A stretch of DNA of 64,000 nucleotides from Promethearchaeota archaeon (lineage in GTDB: Archaea > Asgardarchaeota > Lokiarchaeia > Sigyniarchaeales > SOKP01): assembly GCA_019057865.1 (NCBI GenBank), contig JAHLWP010000017.1, positions 16,713 through 80,712 on the forward strand. Reading direction: 5' to 3'. The position numbers were made by a program, and so were the translations under genes. The notes below the pieces were generated by a model. It was not told where the DNA came from and did not search any database. It saw only the letters and a list, made by a program, of their open reading frames with translations. Within the stretch, counting starts at the first letter, position 1, and each line of letters opens with the position of its first letter. Below, in pieces: positions 11,141 through 21,911 of the stretch.

Positions 11141-11539
11141 TTGGGAAAAATTTTAAATGATATATGGATCTTAACAGAAAGTGGCGTAACTGTTTATAAT
11201 CGTGTCCTTGATCCAAGGATTAACCCCCAACTGTTTGGAGCACTTATGAGTGCATTAAATTTATTTGCAGAACAACTGTCTAATGGTGGTATTTCGAATT
11301 TTGAGTTAAGTAATTTACGATTTACAATTATTAAAAGAAATCATTTTATTTTTGTAGCAAATTCATCAAATAAATCAAAAGAGAAAAAAGTTTTAAATGA
11401 GTTAAGTCGTATTTCAGATAAATTTTTTGAATTATATTCAGAAGAAGTTTTAGAGAAATGGGATAATGATATTAACATCTTTGCAAATTTTAAAATTGAG
11501 ATAAAAGACTCATTAGAAGAAACTACAAAAAAGTTCTAA
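11141..11539 (+). CDS. Longin-like domain protein
   Basis: IWILTESGVTVYNR...PQLFGALMSALNLFAEQL...WDNDINIF, typical Asgard longin pattern. Confidence 0.75.
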   Translation: MGKILNDIWILTESGVTVYNRVLDPRINPQLFGALMSALNLFAEQLSNGGISNFELSNLRFTIIKRNHFIFVANSSNKSKEKKVLNELSRISDKFFELYSEEVLEKWDNDINIFANFKIEIKDSLEETTKKF

Positions 11540-11689
11540 AAAGCTTATATGCAAAATTCTTCAATATTATCTCAATATTTTATTTCTTATTGTCAATAAT
11601 AGAAAAAAATTTAAGAAGAATTAGATTCTTAATTATTAACCTAAATTAAAAATAATTTTTTAAAAGTAAAATAATCAAATTAAACTAAT

Positions 11690-12019
11690 ATGGATAAAGA
11701 AGAGCACACTAAAAGGAAAAATTTTTCAAATAATCCTAATTTTCATAGAAGTTTGAAAGGAGAACGAACTATTGAAAAATACAGTTCACTTTCCTCAGAT
11801 TATCTTAGTGATAATATTAAAAACATATCAAGACCAAAATTTTTAGGTTCTATTCATTTAAAAAACGACACAAATATTAACAATCATTCAGTTGTAAATT
11901 TATTAAAGGGAGAATTAGAAGGAAGATTAACAAAATCTTTAAACCCAATCACCAAAACTCTAATAATCTTAGCACTTGTCTTTAATATTATCTGGTTCTT
12001 CTTAATTTACTTCTTTTAG
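11690..12019 (+). CDS. Hypothetical tail-anchored membrane protein
   Basis: Hydrophilic body with a single C-terminal hydrophobic helix. Confidence 0.65.
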   Translation: MDKEEHTKRKNFSNNPNFHRSLKGERTIEKYSSLSSDYLSDNIKNISRPKFLGSIHLKNDTNINNHSVVNLLKGELEGRLTKSLNPITKTLIILALVFNIIWFFLIYFF

Positions 12020-12175
12020 AAGAGAAAATAAGATAAATACACCACTGGATTAAAAAATTTAAAATCAAATTTATTTGGAAAAAATATTATCTCTTTTTAA
12101 TAAAAGATTTTTTTTAGAATTTTTAATTCATAACTAATATTACATAAAATTTCAACTTTAAAGGGTAGTTCTTAA

Positions 12176-13645
12176 TTGATTTATGATATTATTATTATTG
12201 GTGGTGGCGTAATTGGTTGTTGTATTGCACGTACTCTGTCAAAATATGATTTAGAAATAGGTTTATTGGAAAAAGAAGCTGAACTTGCATCTGGAACAAC
12301 AAAAGGAAATTCTGGAGTTGTCCATGCTGGTTATGCAGCCCCAAGAGAATACATAAAGAGAAGTTTATGTATTAGAGGAAATAAACTATACACTCAAGCT
12401 GCTGAAGAATTAAATTTTCCATTTCAAAGAATTGGATCCTTTGTAGTTGCTTTGGAGGATAACCAAATTAAATTATTAGAGGAGCAAAGAAGACAAGGAA
12501 TACAAGATGGAGTTCCTGGATTAGAAGTAATTTTAGATAAAGAGAAAATAAAATATATGGAACCTAATATAAATGATGAAGTTGTTGGTGTACTCCACGC
12601 TCCTACTGCCGGTATTGTAAGTCCTTATGAAATGACATTTGCATTAGCAGATAATGCGGCTATGAACGGAGTTAAATGTTTTTTGAATCAAAAAGTTAGA
12701 AGGATTAAACATCAGGATTATACTTTCACAATTAAAACAAAAACGAAAGAACTTAAATCACGTAATGTTATTAATGCTGCTGGTTTATATGCGGCAAGAA
12801 TTTCTAAATTAATAGGTTTAGATTATTTCGAAATTATGCCCAGGAAAGGGGAATATATTTTATTTGATAGAAATGCACTTAATTTAAACAAAATATTATT
12901 TCCAACTCCTACAAAGGTATCTAAAGGGATTTTAGTATGTCCAACTTGTCATGAAAACACATTTGTTGGTCCTAATGCTCAGAATATTACTGATAAGAAA
13001 GATATATCTACTACTGAAGCCGGATTAAAAGAACTTTTAGAAGCTGGTAGAAAGTTAGTACCAAATTTACCTGTAAGAAGTTCTATTAGAAATTTTGCTG
13101 GATTAAGAGCAGTTCCTGATACTTATGATTTTATTATAGATAATACAGATGTTTATGGTTTTATAAATGTAGCTGGAATCTTATCTCCGGGATTAACTTC
13201 TAGCTATGCAATAGCAGAAAAAGTTGTAGAATTCCTTGAATTATTAGGTGTTGAACTAAAAGTTAAAGAGAATTACAATCCAATTCGCCCAAAACCAGAG
13301 AGATTTAGAGATTTTTCGCAAGAGGAACTTGATCAGAAGATAAAAGAAGACCCATCATGGGGAAGAATCATTTGTCGATGCGAGACAATCCCAGAGAGAG
13401 AGATTTTAAATGCCATTCACGCTCCAGTAGGAGCAACTACTATAGATGGTGTAAAGTTCAGATGTAGACCAGGTATGGGTCGTTGTCAAGGCGGATTCTG
13501 TCGACCACGAGTCATCGAAATTCTATCACGAGAGTTAAACATTCCATATGAAGAAGTAACAAAAAGAGGAGAAGACACAAATCTCTTAGTAGCTAAAACT
13601 AAAGATTTTATATTAAATAAATTAGAAAAAGGTGTTGAGGAGTGA
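12176..13645 (+). CDS. FAD-dependent glycerol-3-phosphate dehydrogenase-like subunit with BFD-like [2Fe-2S] domain
   Basis: GGGVIG, NSGVVHAG, PRKGEY, SPGLT, IICRCE and GRCQGGFC. Confidence 0.85.
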   Translation: MIYDIIIIGGGVIGCCIARTLSKYDLEIGLLEKEAELASGTTKGNSGVVHAGYAAPREYIKRSLCIRGNKLYTQAAEELNFPFQRIGSFVVALEDNQIKLLEEQRRQGIQDGVPGLEVILDKEKIKYMEPNINDEVVGVLHAPTAGIVSPYEMTFALADNAAMNGVKCFLNQKVRRIKHQDYTFTIKTKTKELKSRNVINAAGLYAARISKLIGLDYFEIMPRKGEYILFDRNALNLNKILFPTPTKVSKGILVCPTCHENTFVGPNAQNITDKKDISTTEAGLKELLEAGRKLVPNLPVRSSIRNFAGLRAVPDTYDFIIDNTDVYGFINVAGILSPGLTSSYAIAEKVVEFLELLGVELKVKENYNPIRPKPERFRDFSQEELDQKIKEDPSWGRIICRCETIPEREILNAIHAPVGATTIDGVKFRCRPGMGRCQGGFCRPRVIEILSRELNIPYEEVTKRGEDTNLLVAKTKDFILNKLEKGVEE

Positions 13646-14940
13646 AACAATATAAAGCAGATGTAGTTATTATAGGATCTGGTGCAGCAGGATTAGCAGC
13701 AGCAATAGAGATTAAAAAAGCAAACTTAAGTGTCATAATTATCGAGAGAGATAAAGAATTAGGTGGAATCACCTTGCAATGTATTCATAATGGGTTTGGA
13801 CTAAAAGAATTTCAGGAAGAATTAACTGGTCCAGAATATATCCAACGATTTATCAACCAAGTTAAGGAACTAGAGATTCCCTACATGTTAAATACTATGG
13901 TCATTGAAATTACTAAAGATAAAAAAGTTTATGCTGTTAATAATGAAGAAGGTCTTGTTGAAATGAAAGCAAAAGCAATAATTTTAGCAATGGGATGTCG
14001 AGAAAGAACAAGAGGTGCAATTAATATACCTGGATTTAGACCAGCTGGAATATATACAGCGGGTCAAGCTCAAAGATTTGTAAATATTGAAGGATATTTA
14101 CCGGGGAATACATTAGTTATTTTAGGGAGTGGAGATATAGGAATGATTATGGCAAGAAGATTAACATGGGAGGGATGTAAGGTTAAAGCTGTAGTTGAAA
14201 TTTTACCTTATGTAAGTGGATTATTAAGAAATCAAGTACAATGTTTAGAAGATTATGATATTCCACTTATTACTAGCTACACAGTTACCAAAATTCATGG
14301 TAGAGATAGAGTGAAAGGAGTAACAATATCTAAAGTTGATAGAAATTTTGATAGAATCATTGGCTCAGACAAATTTATTGAATGTGATACTCTACTGTTA
14401 TCAGTAGGGCTAATCCCTGAAAACGAATTGTCTCTAAGTGCTGGGGCAGAACTTTCAAAGAATGGAGGTCCAATTGTTGACAACAATTTGGAAACAACAA
14501 TTGAAGGAATATTTGCCTGCGGGAATGTTTTACAAGTACATGATTTAGTTGACTTAGTAACTGCCGAAGCAAAGAGAGCGGGGCAAAATGCAGTAGAATA
14601 TATTAAAAATAGATATGGTAAAGCATCAAAAGAAAAAGAAATAATTAAGTGTCTAGCAGGAGAAAATGTCAATTATGTTAAACCAGATATTATCAAAAAA
14701 AGAGATTTGGAGAATGACATAATTTTTACACTACGAGTGAATTACCCTGATAGAAGGGTGCTTATTCAATTAAAAGATAATAACAATAATGTAATTTACA
14801 AAAGAAAGAAAATATATGTAATCCCCAGCGAAATGGTTGAGTTAAATGTTAATTTAGAGAAAAATGGCATAGATTCTAAATGCAAATCTATTACAATTGA
14901 AGTTATACCTCGTCCAGAGGTATTAATTGAAGAGGAGTGA
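13642..14940 (+). CDS. FAD/NAD(P)-dependent oxidoreductase (partner of the GlpA-like subunit)
   Basis: GSGAAG, QCIHNGFG, AMGCRER, GSGDIG, FACGNVLQVHDLVD; 4-bp overlap with the upstream gene. Confidence 0.88.
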   Translation: MKQYKADVVIIGSGAAGLAAAIEIKKANLSVIIIERDKELGGITLQCIHNGFGLKEFQEELTGPEYIQRFINQVKELEIPYMLNTMVIEITKDKKVYAVNNEEGLVEMKAKAIILAMGCRERTRGAINIPGFRPAGIYTAGQAQRFVNIEGYLPGNTLVILGSGDIGMIMARRLTWEGCKVKAVVEILPYVSGLLRNQVQCLEDYDIPLITSYTVTKIHGRDRVKGVTISKVDRNFDRIIGSDKFIECDTLLLSVGLIPENELSLSAGAELSKNGGPIVDNNLETTIEGIFACGNVLQVHDLVDLVTAEAKRAGQNAVEYIKNRYGKASKEKEIIKCLAGENVNYVKPDIIKKRDLENDIIFTLRVNYPDRRVLIQLKDNNNNVIYKRKKIYVIPSEMVELNVNLEKNGIDSKCKSITIEVIPRPEVLIEEE

Positions 14941-15332
14941 TCAAAAATATGTCAGAAAGTAGTCAAAGCGTAATAAAAGTGATAAGATGTATTGTTTGTC
15001 CAACCGGTTGTGAGATTCAAGTAAAACAGGGTCAGAAGGGTGATATTTCATTTGAGGGTTATACCTGTGAAAGAGGGTTGGAATATGCAGAGCAGGAATA
15101 TTATGAACCAAAAAGGATTCTTACAACTACAATACGGGTTGAAAATGGATTATTACCTTTAATTCCAATAAGAACAGATAAACCAATCTTAAAAGATAAA
15201 ATAAAAAATGCACTAAAAGAAATTGCTAAGACTAAAGTAAAAGCACCTATTAAAATGGGAGATATATTAATTGAAAACATCCTAGAATTAGGAGTTAATA
15301 TTATTGCAAGTCGGAATTTAATAGAAAGATAA
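14937..15332 (+). CDS. DUF1667 protein (third gene of the G3PDH-like operon)
   Basis: CIVCPTGC, GYTCERG, P.RILTTT, APIKMGDILIEN. Confidence 0.85.
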   Translation: MIKNMSESSQSVIKVIRCIVCPTGCEIQVKQGQKGDISFEGYTCERGLEYAEQEYYEPKRILTTTIRVENGLLPLIPIRTDKPILKDKIKNALKEIAKTKVKAPIKMGDILIENILELGVNIIASRNLIER

Positions 15333-15400
15333 TATCAACAAATAATATTATTGTATTTTAAGATAATTTCATCTTAATAAGGTATTACATTTTGTCAGAT

Positions 15401-15499
15401 ATGGATCAGGTATACAAGGTTCACAAGAATTTATATATTGGAGCATATTGGCCTAGATTAAATTTTAAAAAATTCAAAAAAATAGAAAAAAAAAATTAA
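15401..15499 (+). pseudogene. 5' stub of a probable dual-specificity phosphatase gene
   Basis: MDQVYKVHKNLYIGAYWP resembles the DSP N-terminal (I/V)xxNLYIG strand, then runs into an A-tract and stop. Confidence 0.4.
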
Positions 15500-15917
15500 A
15501 AATCTATTACTTTAATACCTTTTTCCAGAAGTAAATATCCATTTCCAGTTATACTATAAGCAAGTACACTTATTTTCTCAAGAACTTCAAATGTTGCTTT
15601 ATTTTCTTTAATGGCATTTGATAATTCATCCAATAACCAATTAATTTATTAAAGAATTTTGAATCAATAGTAATTGGTTGTTTTCCTTGTCTTGCTATTG
15701 CAATACCTTTTAAAATTGTATTATAACAATTTACTAACATAAAGTGCATAAAAATTAAATGTTGATTGAATTCAATATTATAGATTCTGTTAATAATTGA
15801 ATGGATTGCGCTTAAATAATAAAGAGATTCATCCATATCTGCAGTAACTTTCATTTTCTCAATAACAAATTGAATCTTTTTAATAATTCTATCTTTATTT
15901 TCTCCTGATAATTTCAT
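15496..15917 (-). pseudogene. Frameshifted hypothetical gene
   Basis: MKLSGENKDR... shifts near 15635 into LDELSNAIKENKATFEVLEKISVLAYSITGNGYLLLEKGIKVIDF*. Confidence 0.55.
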
Positions 15918-16015
15918 CTTATTACTCCCATGTTTTACCAATTTGTAACGCATCTTGACCCTTACTTAAAGAAGTATCTTGAATAATTTCATCGTTAATC
16001 TCGCCTGTTCCTGCG

Positions 16016-16390
16016 TTAAATAATGGTTGTGGCGATTCTGTTTTGGTTTCCAAAAAAACTTACTGTTATTCCCTCACTCATTGTTAGATAGGTAAGCTCT
16101 CCTGCGCTTATTGGGGGCTTTCTAATATCAGAGAACTCTTTTTTTCTCGAATGTATTGGTTTTACAAAATTTAGTAGAGTATTAATCATTCTTCTTCCTA
16201 ATTTGCTTATTTCATAGAAGGAATATTTATCAGCAAATTCATTTCTATTATAAAAGTTGTATATTAATCCGTATCGCATAAGAGTTTTAATATGATGGCT
16301 TAAGTTATTCTTAACTATTTCAAGCTCTTTACTTATTTCAATAAATGATTTAGGTCCTTTTTTTAATAAATAAATTGTAATAAGAGAGAA
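16016..16390 (-). pseudogene. 5'-truncated ArsR-like winged-helix regulator
   Basis: Frame extends upstream of the track start as ITIYLLKKGPKSFIEISKELEIVKNNLSHHIKTLMRYGLI, preceded by a stop and no start codon. Confidence 0.6.
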
Positions 16391-16494
16391 TTAGATATTG
16401 AAAAAAACTAAAAAGTCTTTTAAAGGAAAAGAATCCAAAAAGAAAAAAAAAAAATTTGGGATATTTTATAGATAACGCCACTTATTTTCATTTA

Positions 16495-18456
16495 TCAAAT
16501 CAATGTTTCCAAAAGTGCGATCAATGCATCAATCATCGCGCATAACTCTTGCTGTGTTTCTGGATCGATTATCCAATCGTTCCTAGGATTGCCACCGAGA
16601 GATCCATCACATTTTGGACGAATATCATGCTTTAATTTGAGTATCGCTTCTTCATACATACCATTATTTATCAATTCGATTACTTCATTGAGTTTTTCCG
16701 AAAATGCGGTCTTACGTTGATTAGCATTATTTATAAAAACCTCATCGGGTAGGTTTTGTATATAATCGTTAACCTCTGGAAATTGGCTGGAAACAGGATA
16801 AAACCACACTTTATCCATTGGATTCGATTGAAAACCAGTGAACTTGCTACTGTACGCATCATAATTTCTTCTTACAAAACCCCAAGCCCATGGAAAGACT
16901 TCTTCAATCAGTCGTTGTTGAATGTTATCATATAAAACCTTTCTTTCTGCTGGATTTATAGTAATTAAGGCTTCTCCCATCCATTCCTGTACTAAATCAT
17001 CATCTACTTGCGCGAAATTATTTACAGAATTCTTGGAGAACAATGAATTTATAATATTGCTCGGATCGATATAATCTGGAACCCAACCTAACCAAAAAAG
17101 TTCTAACATATCTCTATGATATGGTGGCATATCAAAGAGCCTATACATAAACTCTGGCCATGTCATACCATCATCTACCACTGTGATTCCAATTTTTCCG
17201 AGATTATCTTGTAATAAAACCAACATGTCCTCTCGGAAAGTATTACCTCTATTATATGTATAATTAAACGTGGCAAATGGAGCGGTTTCTTCTTGATCTA
17301 CCCAATAAGTGTCATCGTACACGTTAAAATCTACACCGAATCCCATGGATTGCATGACTTGTCTTGCTCGTGTAAGATTTAGGATGGGGACATTAAATGA
17401 CCAGTTGGCATACGTAACACCTAATGGAATAGGAGATTTCAACCTTACAGCCTCTCCTCCTAAGAGCTCATCAATCATATATGTATAATTAATGGCATAA
17501 GAAATCGCTTCTCGAAATGAAACATTTATAAGCCTGTTGTTCATCCCAAGAAATCGAATTGTTGCGTCTTGTCCAGCATCTACAAGGGTGATATCTGGAT
17601 GATCTCTGAATTCTTGGAGCCTTGAAATATCGGGAGTTTTTATGAAGTCAATAATCCCATCTAATAATGCTTGATTTCTCATATAGCTATCTGGAATAAT
17701 TGAAAATGTTAATTCGTCAATATATGGAGCACCCGCCCAGTAATTTTCATATGCGTGCATGGTGACTTCAACACCTACCTCATAATTATCATATACAAAA
17801 GGACCCGTCCCAACTAAATCTCCAGTTGCCCTATCAATATAATTCTCTGGAGGTGTTGATGCAGGTGACATGATTCCTGATCCACTAAAACATAATAAGG
17901 CTTCAAATGGCGCAAATGGTTTATTTAACACAAATTTTACGGTATAATCATTGTCAACGATCTCTACCTTGTTAATTATCGGTGTTCCATCAGGCCAAAG
18001 ATATAATGTAGAAAACGGGGTTGTAGGTATCTCTGGTGGTAATGTACCATCTATGTTCATAAAATATACCAATCTATCAAAATTCCATTTAACGGCTGTA
18101 GCATTGAACGGGGTTCCATCATGAAATGTGACACCCATTTTAAGTGGAACTGTGTAATTTAACCCATCTATTGACCATGTGCCAAAATCCGATGCTAATC
18201 TCGGGATGGGGGCAAGTTCAGGATCGAATAAATCGTAGGCATATAACGTTTCGACAACTTGCTCAATAACATCAGATGAAGAACTATCCCACGCACTATG
18301 TGGATCTAGATCTCCAGGACCAGAATAGGTACCATATATTAGTTTAACAGGATCTTGAGTTTGACCACGTACTTCTGTTGAAATATAAGAAAGCATTGAA
18401 AGAGTTAAAAGAGTGAGAACAATAATCGAAATTCGAATTTTTTTCATTTTTTTCAC
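16495..18456 (-). CDS. ABC transporter substrate-binding protein, family 5 (DppA/OppA-like), with a C-terminal helical extension
   Basis: Signal peptide, DLDPH, VTFHDGTPFNATAVKWNFDR, VGTGPF, GWVPDYIDP. Confidence 0.92.
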   Translation of the reverse strand: MKKMKKIRISIIVLTLLTLSMLSYISTEVRGQTQDPVKLIYGTYSGPGDLDPHSAWDSSSSDVIEQVVETLYAYDLFDPELAPIPRLASDFGTWSIDGLNYTVPLKMGVTFHDGTPFNATAVKWNFDRLVYFMNIDGTLPPEIPTTPFSTLYLWPDGTPIINKVEIVDNDYTVKFVLNKPFAPFEALLCFSGSGIMSPASTPPENYIDRATGDLVGTGPFVYDNYEVGVEVTMHAYENYWAGAPYIDELTFSIIPDSYMRNQALLDGIIDFIKTPDISRLQEFRDHPDITLVDAGQDATIRFLGMNNRLINVSFREAISYAINYTYMIDELLGGEAVRLKSPIPLGVTYANWSFNVPILNLTRARQVMQSMGFGVDFNVYDDTYWVDQEETAPFATFNYTYNRGNTFREDMLVLLQDNLGKIGITVVDDGMTWPEFMYRLFDMPPYHRDMLELFWLGWVPDYIDPSNIINSLFSKNSVNNFAQVDDDLVQEWMGEALITINPAERKVLYDNIQQRLIEEVFPWAWGFVRRNYDAYSSKFTGFQSNPMDKVWFYPVSSQFPEVNDYIQNLPDEVFINNANQRKTAFSEKLNEVIELINNGMYEEAILKLKHDIRPKCDGSLGGNPRNDWIIDPETQQELCAMIDALIALLETLI

Positions 18457-18497
18457 TTTTAATTTTTTTCATTTTTTTTTTTTTAAATTAATGTATC

Positions 18498-18557
18498 AAT
18501 AACCTGATCTATGATCGGTTATTTGCCTAATCTATGGTTATTTCTGGAAATAGCCAT
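18498..18557. promoter_or_regulatory. Two adjacent inverted repeats upstream of the SBP gene
   Basis: AATAACC-T-GATC-TAT-GATC-GGTTATT (18498-18523) and ATGGTTATTTC-TG-GAAATAGCCAT (18534-18557). Confidence 0.45.
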
Positions 18558-18661
18558 TTCACATTTTTATTAAGCCAAAATAATTAATCATTAGCTTATA
18601 TTTAAAATTTTTGTTATATTTGTTTTACCTTTTTTAAATTGCCAGACATGATAAAATCATC

Positions 18662-19063
18662 TCAACTCTTCTGATTTTTATCTTTTAACATGTTGAAGTA
18701 GCGTTTCAAGCGATTTGGTCCTTCTTGGATCAGATCTAATGAAATGTCTCGGCCTTTCCTACTCTCATAAGATGCCATATCAAGTACATTTTCTTTTACC
18801 ACTTCAGTGCTAATATCATTATGTGGATCATCTAAATAACTGGGCAATCCTTCAGAAAGCCAGTGATATCGTCTTGCTTTCTTGATTTTACCATCAAGAC
18901 CTTGTTGTATTATTCCCCAATTATTTTCAGAAACAATCATTAAATGATGATATATATTAAATCCATCTTGAACAGCAGCATCATAATATTCTTTATAGTA
19001 TTTAGCGAGTTCTCTATCAATTTTTTTGACAGAGTATTCATACAATCCAATCTTGAATGGCAC
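18662..19063 (-). pseudogene. Internal fragment of a DUF763-family gene
   Basis: AAVQDGFNIYHH, WGIIQQG, ARRYHWLSE, DDPH motifs; far shorter than the family and lacking both ends. Confidence 0.7.
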
Positions 19064-19082
19064 AGAATTAAAAGTTGTTTTA

Positions 19083-19130
19083 TTTATAGCTAAGAAATAT
19101 ATCTGTAGAAATTGTGGAAGAGAAGTTTAA
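19083..19130 (+). pseudogene. 3' stub of a C-terminal Zn-ribbon gene (FIAKKYICRNCGREV*)
   Basis: KKYxCxxC ending followed by a stop, same type as the gelsolin tail; no upstream gene body. Confidence 0.45.
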
Positions 19131-19317
19131 GGCTCAAAATAAAATTTCTTTTTTTATTAATTTTATTATCTTTTTTTATACTTTTTTTGATTAAAATACT
19201 TTAGTAAATAATAAAATGATTCTAAAACATCTTAATTAGATTTTTAACTATAATATAATTTACATTGTTAATCAGAAATTAAAATCTTCTTTTGCGGTGT
19301 GCTTATAGATTCCTCGA

Positions 19318-20394
19318 ATGAGAATAAAGAAAGGTATTCAATACATTAGAAATTTTCTTTTAAATAATTTTACAAACAATAAGATTCCTTATTCTGCTCA
19401 AATAGAGTTAACTTTAAGATGTAATGCTAAATGTCCTTTTTGTTCAATTCATTCTATCCCAGAATCTTATTTAAGCAAAGATATGAGTACTGAACAAGTT
19501 AAGAATTTAATTGATCAAATTGCAGATTTAGGGGTTTTAGCATTATCATTTACGGGTGGTGAACCTACATTAAGAAAAGATTTACCCGAATTGATTTACC
19601 ACACGGGAATAATTAATAATTTTATGAATGGTATCGCTACTAATGGATACTTATTGCCAAAAATATTTAAAGAATATGAATTAGAAGGATTAGATTATAT
19701 ACTTCTTTCACTTGATTATCCTAAAGCAGAATTACATGATAATAAACGAGGGATTAAAGTATTTGATAAAGTCATTGAATCTATAGATCTTGCCAATAAA
19801 AGAGACATAAAAGTTATCATCAGTACTGTAGTTATGAAAGATAACATTTATTATTTAAGCGATATGTGTGAGTTAGCAGAAGAATTAAATTGTTCAATTG
19901 AATTATATCCATGTGAAGATATTATACGAGATTTTCCTAATGAAAGCTTTCAGATTGACGATATTCATGATCTAATCCCAAGTATATCTGTTTGGGCAGA
20001 TATAATCAGATCTTTAAGAACAAAATTCAAAAATATATTAACTGACCCTGTAAGTATTGAAATTATTGAAAAAGGAGGATTTGGAGGGTTTCCAAACTAT
20101 TATCAAAAACTTTTACGTTGTCATGTAGCGGAAGCTTATTTATTTGTTAGTCATGATGGATATATTAATTATCCTTGTAAAATCCATCCAATAGAAAGCT
20201 TCAATGCTTTAATACATCCAATAAAAAGAATCTACAATTCAACTGAAGTAAGAGAAATAATGAAAAACCATGATAACTATAATTTTTGCCAAAAATGTCG
20301 TTTGGGATGTGCAATTGTATCGAGTTTACCAGCTCGCTGGAAAACGGTTTATGCAAAATATATTAAAGGATTTTTAGATGGAAACTTGAGATAA
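19318..20394 (+). CDS. Radical SAM protein with SPASM/twitch-like C-terminus
   Basis: CNAKCPFC, FTGGEP, TNG, C-terminal CQKCRLGC. Confidence 0.92.
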   Translation: MRIKKGIQYIRNFLLNNFTNNKIPYSAQIELTLRCNAKCPFCSIHSIPESYLSKDMSTEQVKNLIDQIADLGVLALSFTGGEPTLRKDLPELIYHTGIINNFMNGIATNGYLLPKIFKEYELEGLDYILLSLDYPKAELHDNKRGIKVFDKVIESIDLANKRDIKVIISTVVMKDNIYYLSDMCELAEELNCSIELYPCEDIIRDFPNESFQIDDIHDLIPSISVWADIIRSLRTKFKNILTDPVSIEIIEKGGFGGFPNYYQKLLRCHVAEAYLFVSHDGYINYPCKIHPIESFNALIHPIKRIYNSTEVREIMKNHDNYNFCQKCRLGCAIVSSLPARWKTVYAKYIKGFLDGNLR

Positions 20395-20507
20395 TTGATT
20401 TATAGTCACATAAAGAACACTTTCAGTTAAATTTTCTTTAACCTAAGAAAATAAATAATCAAAAAATTTAATTGAAATTATATTTTTCTTAATATAGTGA
20501 TAAAACT

Positions 20508-21122
20508 ATGTCAAATGCCTTAATAATACTCATTATTTTGTTTATAACCATTGGTATGACAATTTTCAGTATGCTTTTTAATAAGATACTGGGTTTAAAA
20601 AAAGAAGAAATGAAAAATCTCAGAGAACAGGCATTAAAACTTCGAGAACGTATGAGAAATGCACAAGTTTTGGGAGACCCTCAATTATTGATACAGATAC
20701 AAAGAGAAACTATGCAGTTAACCAGTCAAATGATGAAAAAACAATTATTACCAATGTGTTTAAGATGTTTTATTTTTATAGGAATTTTTACAACTCTTAG
20801 CTTTATACTCGCTGATTACGATAGTGGTTTATTACCATTTCCTCTTTGGATTTTCGGTAGTGGTTGGTTCGCTATATATTTTATTTTTTCTATCACTTTT
20901 TCATTAATAATTTTTGGAATAAAGAAATTGTACAAAAGATTCGTTCAAAAAGAAACTAAATCAAAGAGCTACTTACGAGAGATTATGGGGATTTTATCTC
21001 CAACTCAAAAAACATCTGGAATCTCATACCAACTTTCAGATCCTACACAATCTCAAACAACCAGCCAGACATCATCTGAAACAGTGGAATCTTGGAAAGA
21101 TCGCATCAAAAATTCAGATTAA
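20508..21122 (+). CDS. EMC3/TMCO1 (DUF106, Oxa1 superfamily) membrane protein
   Basis: TM1, cytosolic coiled coil, MMKKQLLP, further TMs with LPFPL..FGSGWF.IY. Confidence 0.75.
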   Translation: MSNALIILIILFITIGMTIFSMLFNKILGLKKEEMKNLREQALKLRERMRNAQVLGDPQLLIQIQRETMQLTSQMMKKQLLPMCLRCFIFIGIFTTLSFILADYDSGLLPFPLWIFGSGWFAIYFIFSITFSLIIFGIKKLYKRFVQKETKSKSYLREIMGILSPTQKTSGISYQLSDPTQSQTTSQTSSETVESWKDRIKNSD

Positions 21123-21167
21123 TAAAATTTAAAAATAACCTAATTATAAATATAAAAATTTGATCTA

Positions 21168-21378
21168 AGACAATGATCATCCATTAATATGTATACTTCC
21201 ATTTTCATTTAAGCATAATAGAGGAAATATTTATCCTATTCAAGCAAAAAATAATTTAATTAAAAAAAAGGAAGATAATCTATTAGGAATAAAACTCTAT
21301 CCAAATTGTAAATCAAAAATTTTAGATCCTAATGCAAAATTCTGTGCTCAATGTGGAATAGAACTAAAATATAGCTAA
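21168..21378 (+). pseudogene. Degenerate zinc-ribbon gene fragment
   Basis: Startless open frame ending YPNCKSKILDPNAKFCAQCGIELKYS*, first Cys replaced by Tyr. Confidence 0.4.
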
Positions 21379-21393
21379 ATAGGTCAGAATAAA

Positions 21394-21876
21394 ATGGATG
21401 ATAATAACAATATTAAAAGGCAAATGTTCCTCTACTTTACATTTGCATTATTAATGATTATATTAAATTATGCAATCCAAAAGGGCAATCAATTAGTAAT
21501 TGAACCATTTATTTGTCAAAATTTCGAAGATAATGATTTCATTCAGACATTTTATTGTTCAATTAATCCATATAATATGCCAGAATTAATTGGAAGCATT
21601 GTAGCAGTAGGTATTACATACATTATAAAGTTTTTTCTGGATAAATTTATAGTTTTTAAAAAAACTGAAAAAGAATTAAAGGAGACTTCAATAGAATTCC
21701 TTAAATATTTTGGATTTGCGATACTTACTACGATTCAAAATATTGGAATTCAGTTTTTATTAACAAATTTCATGAATGCACCATTAGAGATAAGTTTTAT
21801 AATCGCATTATCTATTGGTTATTTTACAAAATTTTTCTTAGATAGAAAATTTGTCTTTAAAAAAATTCAAGAATAA
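21394..21876 (+). CDS. GtrA family membrane protein
   Basis: Repeated KFFLDKFIVF / KFFLDRKFVF, four TM segments. Confidence 0.8.
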   Translation: MDDNNNIKRQMFLYFTFALLMIILNYAIQKGNQLVIEPFICQNFEDNDFIQTFYCSINPYNMPELIGSIVAVGITYIIKFFLDKFIVFKKTEKELKETSIEFLKYFGFAILTTIQNIGIQFLLTNFMNAPLEISFIIALSIGYFTKFFLDRKFVFKKIQE

Positions 21877-21911
21877 AAAAATTTAATAGATCGGAAGGTG
21901 ATTTTAATCAT

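Larger units (their letters stand above)
15401..19130. mobile_element. Small variable island (gene stubs, pseudogenes, orphan ABC solute-binding protein)
   Basis: Bounded by a 5' gene stub and a 3' Zn-ribbon stub; contains three disrupted genes; no integrase seen. Confidence 0.4.
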
